DNA of 63,112 nt, filler included, from Nemertoderma westbladi (Eukaryota > Animalia > Xenacoelomorpha): assembly GCA_032718475.1 (NCBI GenBank). It is 3 parts of 3 records of this genome, joined end to end, with 100 filler letters (N's around TTAATTAATTAA, not from the genome) between each part and the next. Parts side by side here need not be neighbours in the genome. Positions count along the whole stretch, not along the records: positions 25,750 to 56,108 come from JAUCBJ010005297.1; 2 more parts are not named here. The stretch is one strand, 5' to 3'. This document shows positions 32,021 through 43,752 of the stretch, in pieces. A program made the translations under genes and the position numbers. Each line of letters begins with the position of its first letter. Position 1 is the stretch's first letter. The notes under the pieces are model-generated. The model worked only from the letters and a program-made list of their open reading frames with translations, made no database searches and was not told where the DNA came from.

Positions 32021-33007
32021 ATCAAAAATGTATGTTCCATCAGTAAAATTAGGCTCGTATATTACACCACCTACTGGAAGACCGTCTACAATCAGTTCCG
32101 CACGTCTAAGGTTAAAATGTTCAAATTTCAACGGATTACTAGTTAATTCACCCGAATATGAATTATTTGTTATAAAACCGATAATAACCAATTTGGGTTT
32201 TTTACCATCAAATATGTTTGCTTGGGTGTAATTTGTGGTTTGAGCGGGAATAGTAAATGTAGTAACCTCTTTTTTTTAAAATTGATATTCAATATTGTAG
32301 CTCTCTAAACGTTTTAGATGGCTGCTTTCCATTACCGGATTAACCTCCATTCTAGGGATTAGGATCTTTACTTCATCTAATTCTAGCCGAAGATTTGTCA
32401 CAGCGTTTGCGTTTGGAGTGATTTTAAAAATAAACGAATTTGATACTTTTCTAAAATGCATTCTTAAATCATACCCGGGTTGTATTATTTTACTTTCAGT
32501 ATCAAAATCAATCGTCAATCCACTTACAAATTGCAATTGTTTACTAAAGGCATCAGCAATAGGATGCACACCAGGATTAATTTCATTTCCATGTTCGGAT
32601 AAAGGCTGACGAAAGCCGCCTACCCCCAGTAGCCCATTTTTAGTTTCATATGTAGTAAAAAGTAAATTGGATAAGTACGACTTGTAGAAATAATGGTTAT
32701 TACTATTTTCAACCTGCTTCTCATTGAGGTCTATTTTAATATCACTCCACATAGTTCCAGAGGGGTAATTCAACATATAAATGTGTGAGTTTTCAAGCCG
32801 TCTATCCCACCGTACAGTACATTTTGTAATTAATAACGCATCTTGCAGTTTCGTATAGAATTCATTGGATCGCGGTACAAGAAATGTTACTTCCCGAGAC
32901 TCGCTTCTGAGACTAGATACCGGGTAAATTGTTTCATAATGCTTTGCTTTAAATTCAGTCTGTATTGGCAGTGTAGAAAATAAATCTAACTCCTTAATAA
33001 TTGACAT
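32021..33007 (-). pseudogene. Polinton major capsid protein, frameshifted at ~32275 and C-terminally deleted
   Basis: ELDLFSTLPIQT, YPVSSL, WSDIKIDLN, YFYKSY; downstream frame IIGFITNNSYSG..TSNPLKFEHFNL...VDG. Confidence 0.85.
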
Positions 33008-33242
33008 TATTAAAAAATACTTTTTTCGCAGTGTTTGAGTTTGCTTTTTTTATTTTTCTATTTTTACTACGGCCATGATGTATGTTCATAGACATTGGTT
33101 TAGTCGGTCGCTTTAAATCTCTATAAACTTTTTCTACAACTGATCTTGTTGATGGTTTCATTTTATTTAATGCTTTATTAATAACCGCATTAGCCTGCTG
33201 ATGTAAGACCCGCTTACCTTTTGGTATTACGTGTTGTCTCAT
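32994..33242 (-). CDS. Small basic Polinton protein (core-protein-like; may be frameshifted continuation of 33251-33568)
   Basis: K/R-rich, overlaps MCP start. Confidence 0.5.
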   Translation of the reverse strand: MRQHVIPKGKRVLHQQANAVINKALNKMKPSTRSVVEKVYRDLKRPTKPMSMNIHHGRSKNRKIKKANSNTAKKVFFNNVNY

Positions 33243-33250
33243 AAATAAAA

Positions 33251-33568
33251 CTAAAGTAAAGCTTTTTGTAAAACCTTTTTTGCTAATGGCTTTCCAAATT
33301 TCTTCAATGTAGATAAAGCATCTGTAAATATACCTTCCCCGTGTTGATTTGTTTGCATACCTCTGCGATAACGTTGAAATCGACGTTGTTTTAAGTTTGG
33401 ACCAAATGCTCCAATTTGTTGACCGTAAGGGTCTATATATGAACCACCTCGAAAAACAGGAACTTGCATCGAGCCTCTCGTACTTCTACCACCTTTAAAA
33501 ACAGCAAGATTTGAGTCTGCACCACCATATTGAGGTTTACTGTATCTTTGAAATAAATCGGAATCCAT
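33251..33568 (-). CDS. Polinton core-like protein with adenain-type cleavage motifs
   Basis: QYGG, VFKGG, VFRGG, QHGEGIF followed by amphipathic helix. Confidence 0.7.
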   Translation of the reverse strand: MDSDLFQRYSKPQYGGADSNLAVFKGGRSTRGSMQVPVFRGGSYIDPYGQQIGAFGPNLKQRRFQRYRRGMQTNQHGEGIFTDALSTLKKFGKPLAKKVLQKALL

Positions 33569-33574
33569 TTTAAT

Positions 33575-34411
33575 TTATTTTTTTAAAGTGTAAGGTAATA
33601 GAAGTTGTGCCGTATTAAAATTCAAATCTTTTCCTTCTTTGTCTGTTATTTCAATATGAATGTATGTTATCTTATATGATTTTTTTACAGGGATATAATG
33701 AATTGTATCCTTGGCAAATTCTTTATTTATTATACCGCCATATTTCACATCATCAGGTATCACCACGCGACGAAGTAAAGCTAAGCCAAAATCATTAATA
33801 TATTCATTTTCAATTATATTAGTAGTCACGTACATATAGAAAGGAATAGAATTGGGTGGTTGAGGACATAAAAATACCATTTGGTAAGATTTTTCTTCAT
33901 TTCCGATAATCTTTATTAAATAACCCTTTATATTATTTTTCGTCTTCAAAATAATTTTAAAATTTGGATTTAAATTCGCACCGAGATTATTTTCAGTAAT
34001 TCCAAAATAATAGGCTAATTGTTGACCTATAAATAATTCTCGTACAGTTTTCCCTAAAATAAATTGCAATCTATTTTGCTGAGTATTGTCAACTATTTGT
34101 AATTTATCTTTCAACGCCCCAGTGTTAAAATAATCTATAATGTCATTAATACTGTAGAACAAACCAGATGGAAGTGTATCCTCAAAATTTTTTTTCCCTT
34201 TTTTTAATAAAATAACATTCTCTACATTGTTATACATGGATGGTAATGTGGCTAAGTAAAATATACTTTTTATACCAACCACCCAGTTTTCGTTTGGATT
34301 TATAGGTAAGGCACCATGAAAATTGATCTGATAATTACTATTAGTATTACGGAGAAAATCAATTGGACATGAGTTACTTGGTAGCCTAACATAGAATTCA
34401 TCCATCACCAC
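33575..34411 (-). CDS. Minor capsid (penton) protein 1
   Basis: EFYVRLPSNS...NTNSNY, WVVGI, MYVTTNIIE, LLRRV, YIPV, IHIEITD..G..LNF. Confidence 0.85.
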   Translation of the reverse strand: MVMDEFYVRLPSNSCPIDFLRNTNSNYQINFHGALPINPNENWVVGIKSIFYLATLPSMYNNVENVILLKKGKKNFEDTLPSGLFYSINDIIDYFNTGALKDKLQIVDNTQQNRLQFILGKTVRELFIGQQLAYYFGITENNLGANLNPNFKIILKTKNNIKGYLIKIIGNEEKSYQMVFLCPQPPNSIPFYMYVTTNIIENEYINDFGLALLRRVVIPDDVKYGGIINKEFAKDTIHYIPVKKSYKITYIHIEITDKEGKDLNFNTAQLLLPYTLKK

Positions 34412-34419
34412 CTATTATT

Positions 34420-35270
34420 AACTTAAGTGTTATAACAGTGCGACCACCATTGAAATTAATTAATTCACCTTGACCGTCACGTAAAGTAATTAAGATTGTT
34501 TTTAGTTTTTTATTCAACAATGAGTAATAGCAATAATGCTCTCGTATTCGTGATTAATATATTTTCGATTTAATTGTGTTAAAGGACAGGTTCTTAAGAG
34601 CGGAGCTAAAGCGTCACCAACAAAAGAGCTTTCAATAATATCTGTATATATGAAGATTGTATCTTTATTACGAGTAATATTTGTGGGATCTGGAAAATCT
34701 AAAATACCAATTTCTGAAATTTTTGGTCCACTATAATTTAAAATTAAAATCGGCTGTTCTATATTGCTTAATTCATCTATGGTAGTGGTACTGTATATAT
34801 CCCAATTCGGAATACCCGGATGATTCTGATCCAATAATTGTTTTAAGCATAGAATTTGTATTAAATCACCGCGTAGACTTAATTGTATTTTTTTCAACTT
34901 TTTAGGAAATTTAAATTTAATTCTAGAATTATTTGTATTAAAAATGAATTCGAAATCTTTATATTTCGCTTCAGAATTAAACAGTTTATTTATATCATCA
35001 ATAATGACTTGAATAGAGCTATGCATACCAGCAAATAAACTGTATAATTTGGCATCTTTTGCATCTACCCCGATTGACAGCGAGATTTGAGTTTGTAGAG
35101 TAATATTGCTGTACGTTGCTTGGTATTGAATCTCGGCAAGCCCAATTTTAGCGTTTGGACCAATATAAAATTCTTCGGCTAAATCAACAGTAAACTCGCT
35201 AGGGTTATTATTAGGATATATGTTTAATGAGCTATCTGAAACTAGAGTGATATATGTATCCTATAGCCAT
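34420..35270 (-). pseudogene. Minor capsid (penton) protein 2, frameshifted
   Basis: YITLVSDSS...YPNNNPSEFTV.L, IGLAEIQY, IFIYTDIIESSFVGD..APLLR, ITLRDGQGELINF. Confidence 0.85.
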
Positions 35271-35518
35271 TATTATTTAAGCTCTCTCTGCTTGACTCCA
35301 TTGTACATACTGTACTGTATAATGTTAAACTATAGACATCTGTGACCACATTCATTGTTTCTACAGTATATGCGAGAGATCAATATTTAAAGCGAATGAA
35401 CTATAGATATTAGACTTACAGTATAGTATAGTAATATCATTCGAGTTAATATTGATTAATTATGGTCATATGTGACCATTATTCGCGCAATGAATTAATA
35501 TACAGTATAAACCTAAAC

Positions 35519-36611
35519 TTATTTAATATGCTGTATCCACGACTGTTTCTTGGATCCAATGAATCTGACTAAATATTCTTTTTTCCCATTACGCACACGT
35601 TCTTTAAGTTTGCCAATATTTTTGTCAATCGGAAGATAAATAATTACTACTCGGGTGGACCTTTTGGAGTTCGTAAGAATAAAATGAACCATTTATTATA
35701 GCACCAGCGCTGTCCTTAATATCAAACATTACCGCTGGTACTCTGTCCAATCTGACTCGATGAATAATAAATAATTCACGTGTCTATTGTTCTCGATAGC
35801 CTTTAGCAAAAGCAGTACGCGCAATAGATAATCGTACTGTATCTCCAACTTGAAATTTTATTTTCTTGTGATTAATCTGTCTATATTTCCCATATAATCT
35901 ATTAATTAATTCAGTTCATTAAATTTATTAACTTCAATGGGTGTCATTTGTATAGTCCTATGAAATGACCTATTATACGCGAAAATAAGCTTCGGTAAAA
36001 TTTTTATCCAAACATTATTCCATCGTTGCGTGAAAATTTTGAACATCTTTGTTTTTAATGTTCTATTGAATCTCTCGACAATAGCCGCCTTATTCACAGA
36101 GTACATTACGTAATAACGTACTCCAATAGTATCTAAATATTTCCTTACAGATTTATTTAGAAACTTAGACCCTTGATCAGTCGCGATTCTGTTTGGTTTA
36201 GCTTTCTGGAATATTTTTTGCAATATACTAATAATTTCAATACCTGTTTTTGTTTTCATACCATAGGCAAAAGCAAACCGGCTAAAGGCATCAGTACATG
36301 TTAATATATAGTTATAATTATTATTTTGTGATTTATATTGCTGCATGCATATCCACCAGATCTATCATATGTATATCTTTTAACCCTCCCGTAAATATTT
36401 TAGATGTTGGATAATGATGTCTATGTGGTGCATGAAGGGAGTATGTCTTTTGCCCGCTCAACCATTTCTGGGCTTGAGATGGTTTGATCTTTGCAGCTTT
36501 TGCTAATTTTGCGATACTTGCAAAACCCGCAGGTGATGAAGGATCTGAATAAATTCTTAACAGTTTTTTGTCTAAGCTTCGGCTTAAAATCGGTCTCATC
36601 TTGCGTGGCAT
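35519..36611 (-). pseudogene. Retroviral-type integrase with C-terminal chromo-like domain, frameshifted
   Basis: IYSDPSSPAGF, IDLVDM, LTCTDAFSRFA, TDQG, AAIVERFNRTLK, YNRSFHRTIQMTP, FQVGDTVR, GKKEYLVRF. Confidence 0.92.
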
Positions 36612-36829
36612 CTTTTCGACAACCGCAAGTAATATGTATATTCAAATCTCTTATAAAGGGCATCACCGTAAAAACAGCTGATTTTTTTATTTTCTTGAAG
36701 TTGATGTTTTGAAGGGTTTTCTTTTTGTAGTATTTACTCTAGGTATATCTTGAGGTTTTAAATCAGTAGCTAACGGTTTACTCGATACTAAATATAATTT
36801 TCTAAATGTTACTCCTGTTTTAACCATTA

Positions 36830-37153
36830 TTACCGTCCAAGGTTAATTCTTTTCGCAATAGCCGCTCCAGCGGCGGCGGCACCAGCTCCCGCAGCGAGTT
36901 TCGCGCCAATGCCGAGTAAGGGTATTAGAAATGGCAGTATACCACCAGATTGATTGGTTAACTTTTTTCTGTAACTTGATATATTTTTTGTGTTGCGGTT
37001 GAGTGATTTTAATACCTTTTTATAACGACGAATATTTCTAAATGAATGAGGGGTCAATTGTACGTTACCTTTTAGAACATTTAATGCAGTATTTACAATG
37101 AGCTTTGTTAGCGCTGCGTAGAAATTCCAATTCGTCACGATATTTCTGCACAA
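36830..37153 (-). CDS. Conserved small Polinton protein
   Basis: ALNVLKGNVQL...QSGGILPFLIPLLG (cleavage motif plus hydrophobic helix). Confidence 0.75.
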   Translation of the reverse strand: MCRNIVTNWNFYAALTKLIVNTALNVLKGNVQLTPHSFRNIRRYKKVLKSLNRNTKNISSYRKKLTNQSGGILPFLIPLLGIGAKLAAGAGAAAAGAAIAKRINLGR

Positions 37154-37212
37154 GTCTATTCATTGTTGCAACATTATTGTATATTGTTACAAAATATTAA
37201 TTATTATTCTTA

Positions 37213-37869
37213 TTATTCGCTACGTTTATAGTCAATATAATTTTTAATGTAACAATTATGATTACGAAATATATCCGATCTAAATCTTAAATGTTCGGGT
37301 GTTTCCTGTTGTAAATCAATTAAGAAATGCGAAAATGGTTCAATTGTCGCATCTTGATAGGAATCTACTAAAAATTTGGTCTGCCCTGGTAACATCTGCT
37401 TCGCGAAATTTAAAACCGATAAACTGTCTCGTGGATTTTTCATTAATACCAAGGTATGGCTATTAATTGATCTTGTACGGTTATGCTTCCCTCCGTAAAA
37501 CATGTTTTGCGTTATGAAACAAATAAATATATTGGAATGATGAGCTACCTTAGTAAACAATACAGTTAAGGCTGTACTGGACTCATTTTCTGTTAATAAA
37601 TCATCTATAATTAATAAATCTCGACTATTCACTAAACTATCTATATTTCCAGGCAAACCTTTGTAAAGGTGAGTAATACCTGGAATAGTCGGGGGATTGC
37701 TCCCGTAACAATACAATACTCACAAGGGGGGTTCGTTGAAGCAACCATTCTTGTGTTTAATTAAATTGCCAACAAATGTAGACTTTCCGGAACCAGATGG
37801 GCCAGAAATTATCATACTCGTTCCCATTTGAAAGTTTAAATTATATGGACCTGAATTAAAGTCAGCCAT
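37213..37869 (-). pseudogene. A32/FtsK-like packaging ATPase, one in-frame stop at ~37720
   Basis: ISGPSGSGKS, LLIIDDL, FTKVAHH, ITQNMF, KNPRD. Confidence 0.92.
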
Positions 37870-37914
37870 TTATTATTATTATAAATCATATCAACATATT
37901 GATATATATATATC

Positions 37915-38530
37915 AACGCTGACGCCACCTCGTATGTCCAGACCAACCGTTCAACTGAGTCTCTCCTGGAGGAGAGGTGTCGGCTGAAGAAGCGACACTA
38001 CCAGACCGTCTGCAATGACCGGAGGATGGCCTTCACCCCCCTGGTTGGCACCACCGATGGTGTCTGGTGCACCGAGGCTCAAATACTAATTCGCCATCTA
38101 GCGGAGTCACTTGTGGCTCGGCGGGATGGTATGCGTGAGAGGGGCCTCGCGTGCGTGCTGGGGGGTGTTCGCCGGCGGCTGCAGTTCGCGCTCCTCCGGT
38201 CTAGCTCCCTCTGCCTCCGTGGAGGTCGGCGTCCGTGGCGGGGCTTGGGATTTGGAGACGGTGCGGGTTTGCGTGGCGCTGATTTGGGTAATACTGATTA
38301 CAGTAATTATTGTATTAAGTAAATTTATCAGCATTTATTAATCATTTATTCTACAGTAAATATATTATTTTATTTAACTGAAATTATAATATAATAATAA
38401 TAATTTTGAGATTAACAAAAAAATAATATTAATATATAATTAAATAATAAATCGTGCATTTACTGTTGTATAGTCCCGTTGTGCAGTATATATATATATT
38501 GAGATTTAAATAAACATTTGATTTGATTTG
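37915..38530 (+). mobile_element. 3' fragment of a CRE-type non-LTR retrotransposon (restriction-like endonuclease C-terminus)
   Basis: GC-rich island; KKRHY...C.....FTPLVGTTDG....EA...LA...RRRLQFALLR...LCLRG; ends AATAAAC(ATTTG)3. Confidence 0.7.
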
Positions 38531-39094
38531 ATATTTATTATTATTATTAAGATATATCAACAATACAATATAATATAATATAATATAATATAACATAAAG
38601 AACCATCATCACCATTACTATGTATATATGTAACAATTCACAAAAAAAACAGCATTTTACAACAAAAAGTATATACAACTGTAGTATTAGTATATTTATC
38701 ATGGCAATCTTTCGTTCTGCTTATTACCTTATTTGAAAAGATTGTGTAATCGTATACCAGCAATCAAGTTATCAATACCAGTTATACTTCTTAGTTTGAC
38801 ATTTACGTTCTATACCACGTCCGTAGCATTTAGTACTGGAAATATGACTTAGAGTATGTTCCGTCAAAGTGCGAATTACTCTCATACACAAATCATTGCA
38901 AAGAATACCTTCATCAAGTTTAAAATAATACTTTTTTGGTTTTATACCTCTTGAAGATGATTCATCTTGATTGATGTTTTAAATTAGAATAACAAATACT
39001 ATAATTTGTGTTTATTAATATATCCATTTTTCTTAAATAACAAAACCAAAATCGTTAAAATGTTGATAAAATATTTATAATATAGCTGAAAGAG

Positions 39095-39520
39095 TCAAGA
39101 ATCATCTTCATTGTCATCGGTTTCATCAGTGGTTACAAGGGTTTCTTTCGAAATAATAACTATAAACGAAGCCATAATTTCATAAGCATTTTTACGATCT
39201 AATTTGATCACAAACTTTTCACATTTATTGCTCGCTATATTACCACTATATTGAGTAATAACAATAAAGTTATCTGACATTGATAAAATTGTGAATTTAT
39301 CTAAATCATCTTCTTCTTTGTAATCTAAAAGGTAATTAGTAGAATCTACCTCACCGAAAATATCAATAGATCGTAGTTCTTTTCTTGCTTGTTCAGAAAT
39401 ATCTATTTTAAAATTAGGTTGTGAAGGACAATAAATAGTGTTACCAATAACAATAAAAGTAAGATTATCTAAAGTATTAAATGTATGTCTTATTACAGGC
39501 GCAGGTATATCAGTAGACAT
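39095..39520 (-). CDS. Hypothetical Polinton accessory protein, acidic tail
   Basis: 141-aa ORF preceded by (AAT)n-ATG like other Polinton genes. Confidence 0.55.
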   Translation of the reverse strand: MSTDIPAPVIRHTFNTLDNLTFIVIGNTIYCPSQPNFKIDISEQARKELRSIDIFGEVDSTNYLLDYKEEDDLDKFTILSMSDNFIVITQYSGNIASNKCEKFVIKLDRKNAYEIMASFIVIISKETLVTTDETDDNEDDS

Positions 39521-39663
39521 TATTATTATTATTATTTTATGTAATAAAAATTAAATAACAGCGACAAGACAGATAAATAAATATTAATAATATTTTTGCT
39601 ATTCTATTCATATATTTATATAGATCATTAAATTTTTATATATACAACCAATCAACTAAGAAC

Positions 39664-40515
39664 TACTACTAGGATCGGCATGCTGCATTGCAGCTGCATT
39701 TTTAAGAATGCTGTGCCGGCTTGTCAACAAAATTGCACCGCCACAACTCCCTATCACCCATGACATTTGCTAGATCATCCGCATCTTTAAGGCCAGTGTC
39801 CTTTAAGATGCGTCTCAAGAAAGTCATGGGCTGTCCACCATGCTTATTCACTCCATGAGGCTGCCAAAGTACAAGATTATGCACTGGCTGGTCCTCACGG
39901 CGAAAGCAATGTCCTGCAAAGTGGAGGCGATTTTGTTCTAGTGTCAAGCTTGAGGGAACCAATGAGACACCTCCAATGTTATATAGTGTCTGGTTGGAGA
40001 TGTGTGCATTGTACTTGACACAATGAACCCGGCGTAGCATTCTTGTGAATGTGCCATCCAGAGATTCGGTGTCCTCAGCAGCTAGAGCCCAGCATGGACT
40101 CCCATAGAGGAGTACTGGAACTACTGCTGCTCTAAATAATCGGACCTTAAGTTTCCGATTAATTCTCGGTGACTTCCAAATCCTGTAGTCAGGTCAGGTA
40201 TTCTAGGTCATTGATCAAGAAAACTTGCCACCTCCATGCAGCATAAAGGAGGTGCCACCTGTAGCTGCATAGACCCTGTTACTAGGGCAAATCTGGTCCT
40301 GTAACTAGGACCCCCTTCGTTCTGGGATAAGGACGCCCTTGGTCCTGGATTAAGGACCCATATACTTGGCTGCAGGGGTATATGGCCTGACCAGGCAGAT
40401 GGTGAACTACCAATGGCTGGTCAGGAGTAGAGTGTTCTCATGTCCACTCTGAGAGCACTTCACTGCAACCTGCACCTGGCAGCAAGGGTACAGGGCATGA
40501 CCCAGCATGACCTGT
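39664..40515 (-). mobile_element. 5'-inverted, internally deleted RTE-type LINE insertion
   Basis: 39664-40185 is the RT 3' end (VLLYG..CW, RLHFAGHCFR) with a (TAG)n tail on minus; 40189-40515 is the opposite-orientation 5' end matching the reverse complement of ~57835-58143; TSD AACTAAGAAC at 39654-39663 and 40516-40525. Confidence 0.85.
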
Positions 40516-40559
40516 AACTAAGAACACGTGTCACATGTAACCAATAGAAAGTAAATAAT

Positions 40560-41241
40560 AACAGTAAATGAAGCAAAATAGGTCAGGCTACGGTATAACT
40601 CGGATATTTATCGCCATTTTCTCTCGAGGTTGGATGGAAGAGTGAGTGGTGAATTGTAGTGAAACACGAGGGTACCGAGTTCGATCCCCAGATGAATATT
40701 TTGTTATCTGAAAAATTGCAAAATGAAATTTAGTTACTGGTGAAAAATTGCGAAATGAAAAATAGTAGAAGTTACCTGTAGACACTCCTAGCACCTGTAA
40801 AATAAAGGTTGGTGAATATGAAAATACTGGTTGCTGAAAAATTGCGAAATGAAAAATAGTAGAAATTACCTGTAGACACTCCTAGCACCTGTAAAATAAA
40901 GGTTGGTGAATATGAAAATACTGGTTGCTGAAAAATTGCGAAATGAAAAATAGTAGAAGTTACCTGACGCTAAGTGTAGACACCCGGACACCTGTAAAAT
41001 AAAGGTTGGTGATTGGATGCAGTACTAGCGTTGGGTGACTAATAACGCCTCTAGCGGAATAAGCGGGAACTTTAAAGTTACCATGGTTACGGTTGAAATG
41101 CTGGCATCTGATTGGATGAAGTAATAACGACCACTGGTAAAAGTTGAAATGGTGACTTCTGATTGGATGCAGTACTAGAAATGGATGATAATACTGGACT
41201 ATGGGTGACCTTGATGCGAGGGACTATCTTCTTATACTACT
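40560..41241. repeat. Right terminal region (TIR) of Polinton
   Basis: 94-bp tandem units (40744, 40838, 40932), three TGATTGGATG boxes, terminal ACTACT; flank starting ATTAGC recurs without the element at 43638. Confidence 0.75.
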
Positions 41242-41479
41242 ATTAGCTTAAGAGAGTTTCACCCGACGGATGGTCAGAACAGAAGCGAGACAAGCAGTAT
41301 CCGTGGCAGAAGTTGTAAAATTCAATGGAGAAGAGATGAAGTGGTTGCCATTTAATGAATATTACAAGAATAACATCCTAAAATTCGGTCTTATCCAATG
41401 GTGAAAATCATTGTTTTCTCATTGAATATTTGGAGGGACCTCCAAATGTCATGGCATTGAAACTTATAGGACATCCAGA

Positions 41480-43495
41480 ATAGATTTTCAAAATTTCGTG
41501 CTAGCACACAGCACCGAAAAATACAAGTTTGATACGCTTGGTGCAACTCGTATATATTTCATTAAAACCTGAACCCCAAAAAACCCCAATTGCGTAAAAA
41601 ACAAGTTTCAAACAATCAATTTACAAAATTGACATATTTCAGGAAAAGTCATAAAATTTCAGATTCCCAACTGCGTTTGTTTCAGAATTATAATAAAAAA
41701 ACCACGGGGGTGTCATATTGACCCCCCCCCCCCCCCCCCGGGTTTAATAGGGTTAAACCCCCGGGGGGGGGAGGTGAATCTGAAATTTTATGACTTTTCC
41801 TAAAAATCTATTCTCTTCCTAGTAGTGAAAACCGTTTTCAAAATATTGTTTACTTTTCGAGTTATAGCACCATTTTTTAACCCTACTTTTGGCACTTTTT
41901 TGAGACGATTTTTGAAAATTACATTTCATTAACCCTATTAAACCCGGGGGGGTCAATATGACCCCCTCCGTGGTTTTTTTATTATAATTCTGAAACAAAC
42001 GCAGTTGGGAATCTGAAACTTTCTGACTTTTCCTAAAAATCTATTATCTTCCTAGTAGTGAAAACCGTTTTCAAAAATATTGCGTACTTTTCGAGTTATA
42101 GCACCATTTTTTAACCCTACTTTTGGCACTTTTTTTGAGACGTTTTTTGAAAATTACATTTCATTAAATATGAATTGTAACATCTCTATTTTTGATTTAC
42201 ACCGGTTTTTTGGTGTTAGAAATTGGATGGAATTCATATAAATTGATTTAGAAATTTCAAACTTGTTTTTTTCGGTGGGTGCCAAATTTTGGTGCCAGCA
42301 CCAAATTTTGAAATATGTCAATTTTATAAATTGATTATTTGAAACTTGTTTTTTACGCAATTGGGGTTTTTTGGGGTTCTGGATTCGATGATGGATACGA
42401 ATTGCACTAAGCGTATCAAACTTGTATTTTTCGGTGCTGTGTGCAAATTTTGGTGCTAGCACGAAATTTTGAAAATCCATTCAATAGATAAAATTGCTTG
42501 TGACAATTTATTTCTTGCGTTTTAGAGGTTTATGGCTGTTCTGAATTCAATGGAATATATAATTATCGAACTAGACATCTCAAACTTGTATTTTTCGGAT
42601 GTGGGAGCAAAATGTGGTGCCAGCACCAAATTTTGAAAACCGTCAAATATATCAATTGATTGTGTCACCTTGTTTCTTGCGTTATACGGGTTTGTGATGG
42701 TTCTGAATTCAATGGAAGCAGTAAAAATTTCATAGGAGTTCTCAAACTTGTATTTTTCGCCGTTGGGTGAAAATTGTTGTGCCAGCACCAAATTTTGGAA
42801 AATATGCAAATTGATCAGTAGATAGTTTCACCTTGTTTCTTGCGTTATACGGGTTTATGAGGGTCCTGAATCCGATGGAATCAATAAAAACAGCACTGGA
42901 CATGGCAAACTTGTACTTTTTGGTGATGGGTACGAAATTTGGTGCTAGCACCAAAATTTGCCAAATTACGCCGAAAAATACAGGTAGCAATGATCTGGCA
43001 TATTTGAAATGTATTCCATTAGAATCAGCGCCCTCGAAAACCTGAAAATGTGAATTTATAGCATCGTATAAGTGAATTAAAAATTTTGTGTTCTAACTGA
43101 AAAGTGCTGGTTACTTGTTTTTTTCATTTTTTTCCTACGCAGAGAGGACTAAACAGCCATTTATAGTAATCATATCATTTTTAAATATTTTCCAATGTAT
43201 TTTGCACCCCAGAAAACCTGTATTGAAAAACAATTAGCCGAAAATGTAACTTTCAAATTTTGTAAAAATTGTGCACTACTTGTAATTTTGGTGCTGCAAT
43301 ATAAGTACTCCAGTACATTTTTTCGAAAATTTTTTTTTTCGGTCGGATCCAGACAAGTGATACCTACGTACAAACAAAAAATCAGACGTTTTCGTAAATA
43401 TTTGTAGATTTTAGAGGGAGGTGTCAATATGACCCCCCCCCCCCCCCCCCCCGGTATTTGTACAACATTTTATAGCCCGGTACTAATAGGGTTAA
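41480..43495. mobile_element. Cluster of piggyBac-like non-autonomous elements; complete copy 41933-43491
   Basis: TTAA|CCCTATTAAACCCGGG ... CCCGGTACTAATAGGG|TTAA; internal TTTTGGTGCYAGCAC repeats; inverted and partial copies at 41480-41928. Confidence 0.8.
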
Positions 43496-43752
43496 TAGGG
43501 TTAAGGTTTAGAGCCTAAACGCATGACAACGATTTTGGGACACCTATGGATTATATAACAAATAGATAGTCTATACATAATGTTCCTCCCAGTGCACATC
43601 GTACTTCATATGAAAACAACTCTCTATTTTATAGCACATTAGCTCAAGAGAGTTTCACCCGACAGATGGTCAGAACAGAAACGAGACAAGCAGTATCCGT
43701 GGGAGAAGTTGTAAAATTCAATGGAGAAGAGATGAAGTGGTTAACACACACG

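Larger units (their letters stand above)
27243..41241. mobile_element. Polinton/Maverick endogenous virus-like element, left part missing, decayed, with nested LINE pieces
   Basis: pPolB, adenain protease, major and minor capsids, rve integrase and packaging ATPase together in AT-rich DNA; right terminus ...ACTACT at 41241. Confidence 0.93.

Noticed and set aside
31592-32191. Apparent capsid-protease fusion protein
   Set aside because: Best explained by a deletion joining a truncated MCP to the protease in a decayed copy; the MCP is also frameshifted upstream.
42154-43427. Several 70-108 aa ORFs
   Set aside because: Lie in MITE internal repeats; no transposase motifs.
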